Notes: generated from the letters alone by a model not told the origin. A stretch of DNA of 63,888 nt, filler included, from Choristocarpus tenellus KU-1152 (GCA_964200185.2; 10 parts of 10 records of this genome joined end to end with filler, not necessarily neighbours in it); one strand, 5' to 3'; positions 50,401 to 63,534 are shown, counted from the first letter of the whole stretch. Program-made: numbers and translations.

Positions 50401-52470
50401 AGTTTGCTCCATACCTTATGCTACCATCACCCTTCACAAGCCTCAAAGGTATCTCTCTCTTGTGGGTGTGGGGTCAGGGTGTGTGTTGTAGATTTTGTTG
50501 CTGATAGCCCTGCACTTGTTGTAATGTCTGCATTGTTCCTGATCTAGTACTTTTGCCCTGGACCACTTAGGAGCTTAAATAATATTTGCACCATTTGTTC
50601 CAGCTAGCACATAACAGTACATTAGTTGCTATTCCTAGCACATACACACTCACTCACACAGATAGAAGTATGTGAGACGATCAATGTCGTCCCACCCCCC
50701 CCTGCCACTGCTGCCAGTGAGGGTTGTATAATTTCAATAGTGAGATAGATTGGATGTGTAGGTTTGGCAATTTCTGAGGTTTTGGTGATGAGATATGTTT
50801 CTGGTGTTGGAGCTCTATCCACCCTTGCACACATCCCACTGTATGCAACACATCTACTTGCACTTTGTCCTTCATAATTTAATACCCTTGATTTCCATTA
50901 TTTGCTGGTACGATGTATATACATATTCAAAGTATGTGGATGTTGTGTTTTCCACTTTCAACCCATGGTGGAAAATGTCCCTCTTTATGTATCGCCCACT
51001 CCATCCTTGCACCGACTGTCTCACTTGATGAGTGACCACCATAATTCCCACTACTCTAGTCTGCATCAAAATGAGCACATGTCATCTTCCTTTCCTGGGT
51101 GGAGTGTCAGTCATCTCGATCAGAACTGTTACTGAATGTACCCGATCACACAAAACCTGTACCTGAAACTTTGCTTGTACAGGGCCCAAACGAAGCATCA
51201 GCGACTGAAGAAGTCACTGTACTTTGCTAAGAAGGGAACATGGCTGCGCTCTGATTGCAAGTGCAAGCAAACAGACTGCAAGAATTGCCACCTTTGTGTT
51301 GGGTGTGCCTGTGACTGCCATGAACGCTTCCAGCTGCGATACCGATTTTGCACAGCAGGTGTGTGTGTGTGTGATGCATGTCATTGCTTTTTCTTGTTGG
51401 CAAATCCTTCCTCTACCTAGTCTATACTGATCCTGCCTTTCACACTGTCGATATTCAAGTGAGAACTTCTCAGTATTGATCAAATTTGGACTATCGCTAA
51501 CATCTCCTTCGACTCACCTTTAATATCTCAAATCCTTGCATGCTCTGGTTTTTGTTCTAGACTCCTGTCACTCTACCGTGAATTGTGAACTGTGCTGCTG
51601 GAAATACCCTCATCTCTATCTTAGCCATAGTATGCTTTAATTATTTCTGACCCACACTATATTTGGACCTCATTCATCCCATGCCTTCCTTGTTTGTCCC
51701 TCCAAGATTCAATGACCAAAATCGGCGACCAAGCACAAGCTATTAGTGGAAATGTGGATGATGGTTGGTGCATCTCAACTCCACAGGATGCCCAAGTGGG
51801 AACAGGTGCCAGGGCTGAGGTCCGGCTTGAGACTGGGGGTGTGGCTAGTACTGGAGTGGGTACACAGGTTTCAGGAGTCACCAACACTGAATCGACTATG
51901 GGGACTGAAGCCATGCAAGGTGCCTCACCTGGGAAGGGAGATGTGGCGGCATTGCTGGCGACATTACTGGTCACTGAAGAAAAGCAATCAGGATCAGCTG
52001 GGATGCTACAAGCATTTGGTGAGCTGATCAAGAAGACAGCCACAACAATGGTCCAGTCGGAGCCTGGGCAGTTGGCCAAGGCTGGAGTTGGTGAGGTGGA
52101 CCAAAGGCCAAAGTCCTCAGCAAACTTGTCTGAGGGTTCAGGTAATGGGCACACAGCAGAATTCCCAGGACAGGGCTGGGATGGAGGACATGGAGACCGG
52201 GGCTGCAGGGGTAGGGAGGGAGGACCCAAGAGACGAGACTTTGGGGAGGGTAGGGATGGAAATGGTCAAGAGGATACTAACAGTTTGTCAAGACTCTCTG
52301 AAGGACTCCATGTGTTGATGGACACAGAAATCCCCGTTGTGGTGGAGGGAAAGGATGGGGAGGAGGGAAGCAGTGGTTGCAAGAGATCACGGAAGATGGA
52401 GGAGGAAAATTTGGAATGTGATAGCAGACCCTTGGACTACATGCGCCGTGTGAAGAAGCATAAGACGTAG
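45620..52470 (+). CDS. JmjC-domain protein (3' part) with Cys-rich zinc-binding regions
   Basis: Exons 45620-45721 (LEAGDFVHINKGRLHAF), 46839-47003 (CVSVAWDW), 47846-48508, 49091-49121, 49367-49565 (FKCEACK), 49904-~50059 (LFNAYMHCFGCE..NICLSCH; 3' edge uncertain), 51183-51358 (CKCKQTDCKNCHLCVGCACDCH) and 51707-52470 (stop). Confidence 0.8.
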
Positions 52471-53369
52471 TGGGTTGAAGTGAAGATGCTTGTGTTTGTG
52501 CACTTGTGCTTGCATTTGCAGGTTGTCCACGGTTTTGTCACGCAGTGGATTTTGGCGATTAGTGGGTGGGGGGGTGGTTGAGTTTAAGTTTATTGCAGGG
52601 GGGACACATGGTTCTACGTGGATATTTCCAACCCCAGTTGAAGTGCAGTATGAACATTTTGTGTATATCAGGGAAATGGTGTTTGTTATTGGTGAATCTC
52701 TGTTTAGTTCGCATTCACAATAGGTAGATTTGTGTACACAAATTTATTCTACGCAGTAATCAATTTAATATTTTGTGCTTGTACTCTGATAGTTTTGGTT
52801 TTAGTGATTTATGTTACTTGTCCAGTGGGAGAGCAGAAGAGTGATGCCACACTGTCATGGAAGGGTATGCACTAGGGCGCCCTTCAAAGAATTGGTTATT
52901 TGTTCTTTGTTGACATATGTCCCGACCATGCCCAGGCGACTCAATACGATTTCTTGTGTTTCTTTGATGTATGTATGTATGTGTGTACGAATGAATACTG
53001 TTTAGAGAATCTGACGGGGTTTTCAGTGCTAACTCCTTGGAAGAAGTCTTATCTATGGCTGAAAGCTTGAAGGGGTTTCATCAGCACAGAGGTGTAATAA
53101 TACCACAGTTTAATTGTTATTGCAACAGTGACGACTCACAAGAATAAGAGATGATCTTGGGCGGTGGATGCACAGTATTGCCGGTGGTGACATATCCACA
53201 TGCAGCTCCAAATGAGATCACTCCTATGGGGAACAATCTCTGATATCCTTTTGGTCAATGTCTTGTGTGTGTATGAGAGGGATAGAGAGAGAGGGGGCGG
53301 GAGGACAGATAGATGGAGCTGTGAGGAAAGTCTCCTTACACACGTTTTACTTGTGCTAATGATCTTGCT

Positions 53370-54949
53370 TGAACTAATCCTAGTTTTTATTCTGTCAATG
53401 AAATGGACGGTCGTGTCTCGAAGAACACTTTCAGAAATCTCTTCATCTTCACTCAAAGTCATTATCTCTCTCTTCCCCACGAAGTCTATGATATGTTCGT
53501 CTGGTTCGAACTTCACTTGGGCTGAGGTCACCAACTTGGCCTCTTGAGGAAGTCAGATGTACCAACACAGTGGTGTACGGTCGTGACCCACGATGATACC
53601 CCGCTTGGCATATGGGTGGAATTTTGAACGGGCTCCTCTCTGCCGCTTGTCCTGGTGAACATAGCACTCGCTCCCCCAGGTCCGAAGCCTATCGTAGTTG
53701 AAGGATTTACCTGTTAGACGCTCGCATGGCGTCTCTCCTCTGAGGTATTCGTGTGGCATGGCTCCAGTCTTGAAGGCAACGTCCGTGATAGCAAAGAACC
53801 AGTACTCGTTGCCCAGCCCAGCCTTTGCCAGTTGACTCCTTGCTGCCCCCATGAGTTGCTTTATCGCCTTTTCGGCGATCCCGTTGCTCTGTGGTGTTCT
53901 CGGTGGAGATTTCCTCCATCGGGTACCGCTGTTCACCAGTATCCTTTGGAACTTCACCGATCTCCCAAGCTCACCTGCACCATCCCCACTAATGCATTGG
54001 ACTTGTATACTTTCCCTGGCCATCTGGTCGATATAGGCAGCGGTTGCATCCGTCGCTGCGTTTTTTGTTTTCAGTCCATAAACCCTCTTGTCTCAGCTGC
54101 TCTCGTCGACAAACACCTGAAAATATTTGTGACCAGTGATGTCAGATTGAAAGGGTCCAGTCAAATCCGTATGTATTACATCGCTGGGCAGCTTGGGGGT
54201 CCTGCCACCCCGTTGATAGCTTAGGGCCTTGGATTTGCATTCCTTGCAGGTCTCGCACCGCAGTTCCGACGCCACAATAGCGTTGGTGACCTCCAAAAGT
54301 CCACGTTTCTCGAGATGCTTGATTGATGATGGGTTGATGTGGTCCAATTCGTTGTGCCAGTCCCTCATTGTCAGCCTCTGCTTTTGGTTGGCTCATGCAG
54401 CGCTGGCTCTCGATTTTTGTTGCATGGTGATTATGGTTGCAGTTAAGTTTAAGAACCTCCCCGACTTTTGTATGTTTACCTTGGGCGAATTCTTGGAGGT
54501 CCTCAGATAACATTTTTTGTTCCTAATTCCATAAATTCTCCTCCATTCTGTCGTATACTTCCAGTACAGTGGGTTACCCGATTTTGTTCACCCATGGGCA
54601 TGCCTGAAAAAGCGGAACAAAATTGAGATGGTACAATATGGGAGTTTGTACCACTTGGTACAAACCCGGGCTTCCGACTACTGCCAAATGGTACAATATC
54701 GGGAGAATTTTAAAAGCAGGATTACACACTTCTGACTACACCTAATAATCGTGGTAATCGTAATCGTTGAGCTAATCTTGGAAAGTTTCAAGAATTTGTC
54801 GTAGAATCAACTACGAGCTACCGTTCAGCGAGCCAAGTGATGAAGCTGATAACAATGCGCCCTTGCCGACAGCGCCCACGACTTGCTGCAGTGCCAAGCA
54901 CTGCCCCTCACACAAACGTTTGCAGTCATCGTTGAGTTCGGGATCCTTT
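53370..54949 (-). mobile_element. Decayed Ty1/Copia retrotransposon fragment (GAG-pre-integrase, integrase core, SH3-like region)
   Basis: WHNELDHIN..CETCKECK; IHTDLTGP..FVDESS; SGDGAGE; PRTPQSNGIAEK; LRTWGSECYVH..SKF...GIIVG. Two in-frame TGA stops. No RT or LTR was seen. Confidence 0.9.
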
Positions 54950-55049
54950 NNNNNNNNNNNNNNNNNNNNNNNNNNNNNNNNNNNNNNNNNNNNTTAATTA
55001 ATTAANNNNNNNNNNNNNNNNNNNNNNNNNNNNNNNNNNNNNNNNNNNN

Positions 55050-55122
55050 TTTCCTGGTTATGGCCCAAACGGACAACCTGGTGTTCCCCCCCCCCCCCCC
55101 CCCCCCCCAGATACTTTGGGTC
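55050..55122. mobile_element. MITE family A, half copy at contig start
   Basis: CCCAAACGGACAACCTGGTGT, poly-C, AGATACTTTGGGTC. Other truncated copies at 13678-13710, 27496-27521, 32319-32360, 60095-60167 and 63816-63888. Confidence 0.8.
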
Positions 55123-55209
55123 TGGAATGACCTAGGCAATTCTGAGATGACAGCATCACAATCAAGGTCCAAACATACTCACAAGTTGTGAATGAAATTG
55201 CATTTGCAG

Positions 55210-58200
55210 GTCGTTGAGGCTGAGTCCTTAGTGTCAGCAAACCAGTGGAGGGTGGAGCAACTGCGGAGAGAGAGGGACAGGGCTGTTCCAATGCCAACTT
55301 CTCGGACTGCGCATGCAGGGTGCACATTGGGGCATCGGGTCATGTACTTTGGTGGGTTGGGGGTGGGGGGTGAGCATGGTGAGATGCTTGTCCTGGACAT
55401 TGAAAGTCCGGACGAAAAGGAAAGAAGGTGAGGATTTAGTGGAGTCTTAAACCCTGTATGATTTGAACAACTTCAGGGAGTGCTCATTTCAGTGATGATA
55501 GCCTTTTGTCTCCATTTCGAAGAGCAGACTGTTGTCAGACACCTGAAGCTGTTGGCTTTCAACATCTCAGGTTTAGCACACATAGATAATAAGACAATGC
55601 GGTTGGTCTCATCATTTGGCCATGTGTTGCTGCCCTTCAAATTGTTGCAATTTTTTTCTCATTCTCCACTTTCAAGCAAGATGCCTTGTTTTGATACGAT
55701 AACTATCATCGTAATAGTGTGGTTGGAAGTGTAGTGCTATATGCAGATGTTGGCTGTCTTTGCTGTGCTAGTTGTCAGCCGTTCCACACAATTTCGCATC
55801 TAAAGGTACTGAGTGATACCTTGTTCTACCTGGGCACTAGTCACTGGATCGATTTGATCCTAGTGGTTCCCCCTCTGAAACAGTTGTATCGATATGGTGT
55901 ACTGTGCCATTGCCCTCTCACCCTGGTGGATGTCAGTACAATACTTCGTTGCACCTGAGCGCAACCTGCTAGTTGTTTAGTACACCACTACTCTGGCTTG
56001 CATGTATGCATTGCAGTAGATTGCAGACAAGGGCTAGATGGAGTACGATTGTGTTTGGTGGTATATAGAGGACCGAGCAAGAACCAAGAGGTAATCTGAT
56101 GCAATTTGTGGAACGATCCCTTCCTCTGCATGCTCGGAACTTGACTACTAAGGAGCGCCAGAAGTGGTATGCTGTAGCTGCAGTACCTGGGTATGCAGAG
56201 GACCGAGCAAGTGTTGGGAGATGTTTATTTGTAGACCGTGGTTCTTTCTTTTCTTTTTTTGTGTGCCCAACAACCGTAGTATACTCTACCTGTTCTACAT
56301 GGTACTTAGAGAGGACTAAGCAAGTAGCGGGGAACATGTTGTCTACCTGTAGAACATACCTGTCTTTCTCTGAGCAAGCAGAAACTTGAGTACTCAGGAG
56401 TACTTACAAGCAGTACAGAGAAAATTCCACATGCCTTGTCAACATTATTTTTTTGTTCTGTTGGTCATACCCTATCGCCGGCTAAATGGAAACCCTGTAT
56501 AAAACGTTGGTGTAAGGGGCCTTTGATCTGAAAGAGTCGGGAAAAAATCTTGGTTTCAGTTTGATTTGCCATTGTTAAAAATTTTGGGTGAAGGTGTTCT
56601 AGGGTCAGACTACAATTGTCACCTGGATGGTCTGTGCCTGACGAAAAGAGAAGCTAATGCTCATCAAGCATAGCTCGTTAAAATAAATTATTATTTTTTT
56701 TCTCTTGGACTCGTTCACCATTTTATTTTTCAGAGCATTTCAGGGTACTTACTCTCCATACACTGCAAGACCCTGCCCAGGTATGACTGTTTATGTGTGA
56801 GCATTGGTCCGTCAGTTACATCAGTTGTAAAAATCCGGCAAGCCTAAAAAAACCTCACATGAATTAGGTGGAACTCCCCACCTCAAAGTTGATCCTGCAA
56901 CTGTCAGGGCAGGTCAAGATTGACCGCCAAACATTGAGGTATTACTGTTCTACCACCAGGGGAGTAGGTTCCTTGAAGTTGCACAGAGACAGGGGTGCTA
57001 CCTGGCTTAATCTGTGGACTATCATCCTCTCTTCTGGTGTAGCTATCTCAACATTCGCGTTTCCCATTGAACCCCATCTTGTGGACAAAGCTCACTCCAT
57101 CCTTATTCTTCTAATGTACTGTTGGAAACACAACCGACCTTACCAGGGTTTCCATCCACATCCTCTGACTTCATCAAATGTTGCTTCGTAGTAAGTACTA
57201 CTACTTGTGCGAAACCAAACTGATCCCTCCCCTCGGTAACACATTTTGAGTACTTTGAAGCGATTGACCACCTGAGACTTTTCCAATTGGTTAGTAGGTT
57301 TGGCCTGATACCTTCAACACTATTTTTATCACCAACTCTAGACCTAGTATTTCCCTTTTCAAAAAGCGAACCCTTTGGTTGGGATATTGTTACTTGCGGG
57401 AAAATCGATACCCTCTTTATGTTGCAGTACCAACATTAATATCGAAGCAAGCTATCAGCAAGGTATTTGCCTTCAAGCTGTATAGATTCGCATGGGAGGT
57501 CCTCAGCATGCTACTTCAGCGATTTTGTACTGCATTTACAAAAATATACCCATAACTCGGCAACAAGAACACTCTCCGGTGTATTTATTTGGCAATTGTC
57601 TTGTGATTTCACTATCACCAATCACTGCAGCTCCAGCAGTACCACAATAGCAGAGAGACACAGCAGAAAAATTGGTCACAAATTTGATGTCATTGCTATT
57701 GGTCACCAATCTATATACTCCATAGTATGAAATAATACAAAAGCATGCGTTTTGTCACTGCAGTAGTGGAAAGCCCTTGAAGGTGGCAAGACTAAATTCC
57801 CATATTGTTGGGGATGCTGCACCTGGCTTTCTCCCTGGTTCGCACTGGTAGTTGTAAAAAAAAAGAAAGAAGTAAGGTGCCTGTTTGTGAGACCCTTGAC
57901 CGCCTCTGCCTGCAAGCGTTAGTCTCACCTGTCCATGTCGTCTTCATATATGAGACTGCTTATGTTGAAACACCAGGACATTGATAATAAACTCACAACA
58001 CACCACCACATGTTTGAACAAAAATAATTCCCTTAGACTCTTGCTGCCGTAAGCAAAGGAGTACCTACTGCATATCCTTGTTGCTCAGGGCTGGTCGGTG
58101 GGCTTTGGTGCTACTTGTGAGCGTTGCAGCATTCAGCACATTCAGATATCCATATATATATATATATACATATATATGGATGGAAAGGCGTTACTAGCAT

Positions 58201-59994
58201 TCGAGGTCCGTTGGCACACCCTTGTCTGCCCAGCAAGAGGGCAAAAAAAATGCTGGGCAGGCAGACACAACACACCTTCGACTGTCAAGTACAAGTGATG
58301 ATGTAAAAGAAAAAATAAGATGACGATCAATCCCTGTGGTGGATAAACGCCATCACTTTCCCCATACAACTCTACTGCAAGTTAGCTTGCGCTTGGGCCC
58401 CCCGGACCCAACACTGACGACGCTTCCACCGCCCACAATGACAACAGACTTGGTGATGAATTCCACCTGAGGCTTGAACGTGAGAGGCAAGAGCGGGACA
58501 TGGCCGAGTCAGCCAAACTCAGATTACTGTCCATCCAGGAGAGGATGCGCAAGGGAAAGGAGCTCGAACTCGAGGGAAAGGAGAGATGTGCAATGTCGTA
58601 CGAGGATGAACGTAGCGCAATACCAGTACGTTGGTGTCCTCCCTCACTTGCCCTTCAGCTGTTAGTTGAATGGTAGTGGTATGCGCAGCTGAGATACTTG
58701 TGGTTTTTGGTGAACTTCTATGAATTCTAGCTCTAAGAGTCCAGGTCCGGATTCATGTGTTGGACTCCTCCATAACATCACGAACTCATGTGCTGTTCGT
58801 TCAGTAAGTCATGGAGCTGTATCCCCCCTGAGTCAAGGTAAACGAGAGGTACCCAGGATTTGACTGTTATTGCAGTTCAAGTCACACTTTCTTCTTTGGC
58901 GGTTTGCCCTTGTTGCTATGGATGAAGAGATAAGATTGACTTGAGAGCATTGATTTCTTTGATATCTGAAAATTTCCGACAGGATTCAGAGTCCCCTACA
59001 CACTTTCATACCAAAAGTCGAACTTTACACATGTTTGTCAGCACCCTTGAAATTGCAACCCTGAATTAACCTCTCATTTCACTTCGGCTCCCTCACATAA
59101 AGTTCGATTTGAGAACATCGTGCGTGATGTCTTGATCCACCGTGTTACAAGTTCACACACTGGCATGATTCAATTCACCATCCCTGTACTGTCTCAAAGG
59201 GACACATATCATATCAGCAGAGGCTCAAAAACAGCAATCGAGCAAATGATGTGCAACAGAACACCCAGCAAAAAGAGAACAAACCTTCAATACATGAGGC
59301 TAACAACACGTTTCACCATATACCACCTCTCAAAAACCCTCCGCAGGAGCTTACAGTGGCCCCCACCCCCCAGCTACGCTGTGCAAACAGTACAACCCTG
59401 TGGCTGGAGTGGGACCAACCGCTAGTAGACTCTATCGGTGGCAAACCTGGGCAAGTTGAATACACACTATACATGAGAGGAGGTTTCCATCAATGGGAGG
59501 AAGGCGACACGGTCTCAGTTGAGTATCTTACAAAGGCGCAGCGAAGGGCTGCTGCAGCTGCAGAGGCGGCTGCTTCCACCTCATACCTTTCATCCAATGA
59601 TGATGTATTGTCCCTCAAATCTGCTTGGTGTGGGGGGGCATCTTCCTTTCCTGGTGGCGTCAGCCACAATACTAACTGTGTCGACATTCAAGGCCCCGAT
59701 CACGGCGGGGATGCTCGAGATGGCAACATCTCAGTCCTGCAAGCGCCTGGATCGGAGGCATGCCCAGAGGTTCCCAAGCCGCAACCCACTGATTCTGGTC
59801 AAAATCGCAAGAAGCGTTCAATGCAACTTGTTGGGTCATGCCCTACTGCTACTGGGGGAGTTTCGCCGTCAGGAAACCCCATCCTTCCAGCAACAGTGGT
59901 TGGTGTGCATTCTAATGGGCTCTTCGACATCCGTTGGGGGGATGGGGAGGATGAGAAAGCCTTGCCAAGGCATAGGCTGAACTGGGCGATACCC
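55210..59994 (+). CDS. Kelch-repeat / coiled-coil / fibronectin type III / Tudor-like protein (internal fragment)
   Basis: Exons 55210-55427 (PTSRTAHAGCTLGHRVMYFGG..MLVLD, Kelch), 58448-58625 (E/R-rich coiled coil) and 59347-59994 (NSTTLWLEWDQP..VEYTLYM, FN3; LPATVVGVHSNGLFDIRWGDGEDE, Tudor/Agenet-like). Phases match. Confidence 0.8.
58830..59090. mobile_element. MITE family C
   Basis: GAGTCAAGGTAAACGAGAGG...CCTCTCATTTCACTTCGGCTC with 3-bp TSD CCT. Confidence 0.88.
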
Positions 59995-60168
59995 NNNNNN
60001 NNNNNNNNNNNNNNNNNNNNNNNNNNNNNNNNNNNNNNTTAATTAATTAANNNNNNNNNNNNNNNNNNNNNNNNNNNNNNNNNNNNNNNNNNNNCCAAAA
60101 ATCGCGACATGAAAAAATTCGCCCCAAATGGACAGCCGCCCCCCCCCCCCACCAGATACTTTGAGCCT

Positions 60169-60382
60169 GAATCAAAGCATTTAAGAGGGTACAGTCACGT
60201 CCGTTGGGGTCCAAAATCCGATATTGCAATTTTTTTTGTAACTTCGGCTATCGTGTTTATTAGCAAGTGTCAATATTCTAGCTCAGGACAGACCTTTCAT
60301 AGTTGTAGGCATTTTACCTACTCCGATATACTTCAAAAACCAAAAAAGGTTTCTTAACTTGACCCTCTTAATTGCCTTGGGC
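60169..60382. mobile_element. MITE family B variant abutting a family A end
   Basis: GAATCAAAGCATTTAAGAGGGT...ACCCTCTTAATTGCCTTGGGCC. Confidence 0.65.
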
Positions 60383-60656
60383 CACTAGCAGTTAATGAGT
60401 CATACTGTTCCACTGACACTGGAAATGATCTACTACGAGCATTTGGTATCCTGCTCTAAGTGAAATGTGCCCCACTACCTGCTGTATTCTCAGAAGCATA
60501 GCAATAATAAAAAACCAAGAGGATAATAATTCTTGGGGTGATTTTTATTTATTCTCTCACTTGGACTCTTGATACTTGACCAGGGGGGGAAAAAGAACCC
60601 TCAATGGCGACAAGAACAATAATAATAACAATAATATTATTATCAACTACAAGAAC

Positions 60657-60916
60657 GAGTGAAAGTATCTTAGAGTTAGGGTACGAGTCTTGCCCTGTTT
60701 GTCCATTTGGGGCTTGGCTTTCCATGTTTTTTTTTGTGACATTTTCCTACTCCAAAATGTTTTGGAGTAGGTAAAATGTATACGTTATGAAAAAGTGTGT
60801 CCGGAACAAGGATATTGACATTCCTAACAATCACGATAGCCAAATTACATCAAAATCGCAACATTGGATTTTTGACCCAAATGGATGCGGCCCTACCCTC
60901 TAAGATATTTTAGCTC
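60657..60916. mobile_element. MITE family B
   Basis: GAGTGAAAGTATCTTAGAG...CTCTAAGATATTTTAGCTC with 3-bp TSD AAC. Confidence 0.88.
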
Positions 60917-61462
60917 AACAGTAATATTAATAGTAATTTCAGCCAACATCTTTCCATGCATCCTAATCTCTACACTTCATTGCACACAAATCATGGAATA
61001 GCAGCGCAGAGTAGGGGTTCCACTGGAACAGATAAGTACAGCTGGTTGAACCTGCTCTTGCTATGTTTGAATTCCTTTTTCACTTTTTTTGCAAAAAAAA
61101 TATATTTTTCAGCTAATGCACTTCTGTATCTTTCCGCCAAACCACAGGGTTGAGACCATCCAACCAATAATTATTGCATAGTACAGTTTAGTATTAAAAT
61201 TAGGGTTTGGGTTAGTATCAGTATTAGCAATATAGTGAGAAAAAATAATACTAGTATAAGTACAGTATTAGTGGTAGATTTATTATTAGGGTTAGGTTTA
61301 GGGTTAGTATTGCCAGTAGTAATAGAAATAGATATAGTATTAGTATTGGTAGTAGTGTTAGTGATTTAATTGGTAGTAGTCAATAACATTACGATATTAT
61401 GGTGAAATGTTTTTTTGTTTTAATCCTCTCCCGTCTCAACATACTCTTTTTTTTTTCATCAG

Positions 61463-63472
61463 GACCTGGATGAGGCAGTACTCGACAGAATGGATGACTC
61501 TATCCTCTTCCCACTCCCCACCAAACAGGCGTGTGCAAAGCTTCTGGTGCAGGTACACCTACTAGCTTTCTTCTGCCTTGACCTTGGTTTCTCAGGATGT
61601 AAGCGACCTTGGCATGACTGAGGTGCATGTTGAGAGAGGTGACTTGGTTGATCTTTCTTCCACGCAACAAAGGCAATTGACTTTGTTGCGGCGATCTCAA
61701 TGACTTTTTTTTTAATTTCTACTTGCTCTGTTCGGCACCATGTTGTCCATAGATTATTGCTTGTGTTATTTTGTTGGTTAAACAATACGATACATTTCAT
61801 TTTTTCTTTTTTCTTGGGAAGCAATGGCAGCAGAATCTTATCTTGATGATCTGTTGTATTCTTCTACTGGCTAATTAAGAAGACCTTCAAGATCATATTT
61901 GTGCCGACAAATTTGGAAGATATGGGAGAGTTAGGTTTAGGGTTAGGAGTGCCCATCAGTCCCAAATAATAGCTGGTGTTCCCACATTGCACCCCCTTGG
62001 AGTAGGCCCTACCAGCACTACTGGGGCAGACTAATAAACAGGAATGCTTTTGCCGGAGAGATCAATTGCGTGTTGTACATAGTACAGAGCTATATCAACA
62101 GTGAGTATCAAGAGTGACTGCCACAATTGTAACAGGCGCGAAGGAAACGACTCGTTGGAAATTTTCTTAAAGGAAAAAAAAGAAACACCCATGTCCTTGT
62201 CAGGAACGGAAGTTACAACAGTGTGAGTTTGGAGTGCCTGAAGCATGCACTGAGGGCATTCAAAGGTTTCAAGTGACCGTTGGGAAATAGAGAATGATAA
62301 AGTGTGACTGGTTTACGGGCTGATGTTTTAGCACCATATGATGGAGGCATTTTAGACATAAGGAGTCAAACCAACTGAGAGGTAGGCAGGGTTGCATTCT
62401 AAGGATCCAAAAAGGATGAGAAAGGGTTAAAATAATTCCATTTTGTACAGTTGTAGAATTGTGGTGTCACTTTTTGTGTGGAAAGGGGAATATAAACTTT
62501 GATCCACTATTGTGACATACAGCAATGACAAAGCGGGCATTCCACCAGGAAAAAAAGATACCTTTAAACGGCCCAAACCTGCCTACCTCTCAGTTTGTAT
62601 GGATCAAGGACAACTCAGGTTTCCAAGTGCAAAGGGATATGGTTTAGGTTACGGCGAAGAGAAGGATCAATATCACCAAGAGTTCCATTCAGAGGAGCAC
62701 TTTGTATCACAAACCTATTTTCAACACACTCTATTCCTAGCTATAGATGATCCCGTCGACCTCTGAACCGCTCTTTAGGCTTAGGGTTAGGGTTAGAAGG
62801 TATTATTGTTTGTGAAGGATGCAACAGTGCAGTGAGCAAGTTGTGTAAGATGGTCTTTGGCCAACATTTGCATTTGGTTGATATCAATACTAGCTAGTGC
62901 ATTCACCCTATTGGACAAGGGTGACAGAGATAGGCTGCTAGAGGTAATTTACGCTTTACATATTGCTTTTTGTATCATGTCCACTACACCCTTGATATTG
63001 ATATTATTGGAATTAAAGTTATTTCCATACATTTTTTTATTCGCAGTCTTGTATTTTTCGTGTCTCACTTTTCTGATATTGTAGTCATCAATGTCATGTT
63101 CTTATTACTCATTAAAGTTTCAAAGTTTTTTTTTAGTAGTATCATTCTTGTATTTGATAATATTTTGATTTATATTCACATTATTATTCTGTTGTTATTG
63201 ATGTTGTAGTTGTAACACTTGATATATCATGATACGAATATTGTTCTTTTTTCGTTGCCCCCTTTCCACAGTACTTCAGGAAGTACATTGTTGAACCTAA
63301 TGCAAGGTCTCAAAAGAACCGACCTAGACCGGACCAGGGAGGATTGAGGAGAAGAAGGGCGTGGGACTGGCTCAGGGGGGTGATTGCATCAGAGTTGGTT
63401 GTGGAGGGAGGCGTCAATGATGCATTCATTGCAGGGTTTGCAGAGGTCGTGGTAGGCTTTAGTGGCAGGGAG
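61463..63472 (+). CDS. ATAD3: Mitochondrial AAA+ ATPase ATAD3-like, two C-terminal-region exons
   Basis: Exon 61463-61552 DLDEAVLDRMDDSILFPLP and exon 63272-63472 YFRKYI...GFSGRE, both with canonical splice sites. These match the ATAD3 motifs D.AV.DR.D....FPLP and GFSGRE. Confidence 0.8.
62363..62605. mobile_element. MITE family D
   Basis: GAGTCAAACCAACTGAGAGGTAGGCAGG...CCTGCCTACCTCTCAGTTTGTATGGATC with 3-bp TSD AAG. Confidence 0.88.
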
Positions 63473-63534
63473 GTGAGTCAGAGACATGTGTGCACACAAA
63501 GTGACGTGCTTTTGTGATTCACTGTACAAACTTG

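Noticed and set aside
51657-52229. Antisense ORFs over long exons (also 12883-13257, 16360-16782, 18755-19084, 40193-40705)
   Set aside because: They are shadows of real coding exons on the opposite strand.
53553-54095. In-frame TGA codons as recoding or an alternative genetic code
   Set aside because: They are explained by single CGA>TGA or TGG>TGA changes in a dead element. Intact genes here use TGA as stop and TGG for Trp.
61190-61390. AT-rich AGTATT/TTAGGG tract as a telomere
   Set aside because: It is a short, degenerate low-complexity sequence just upstream of an ATAD3 exon and is not terminal.
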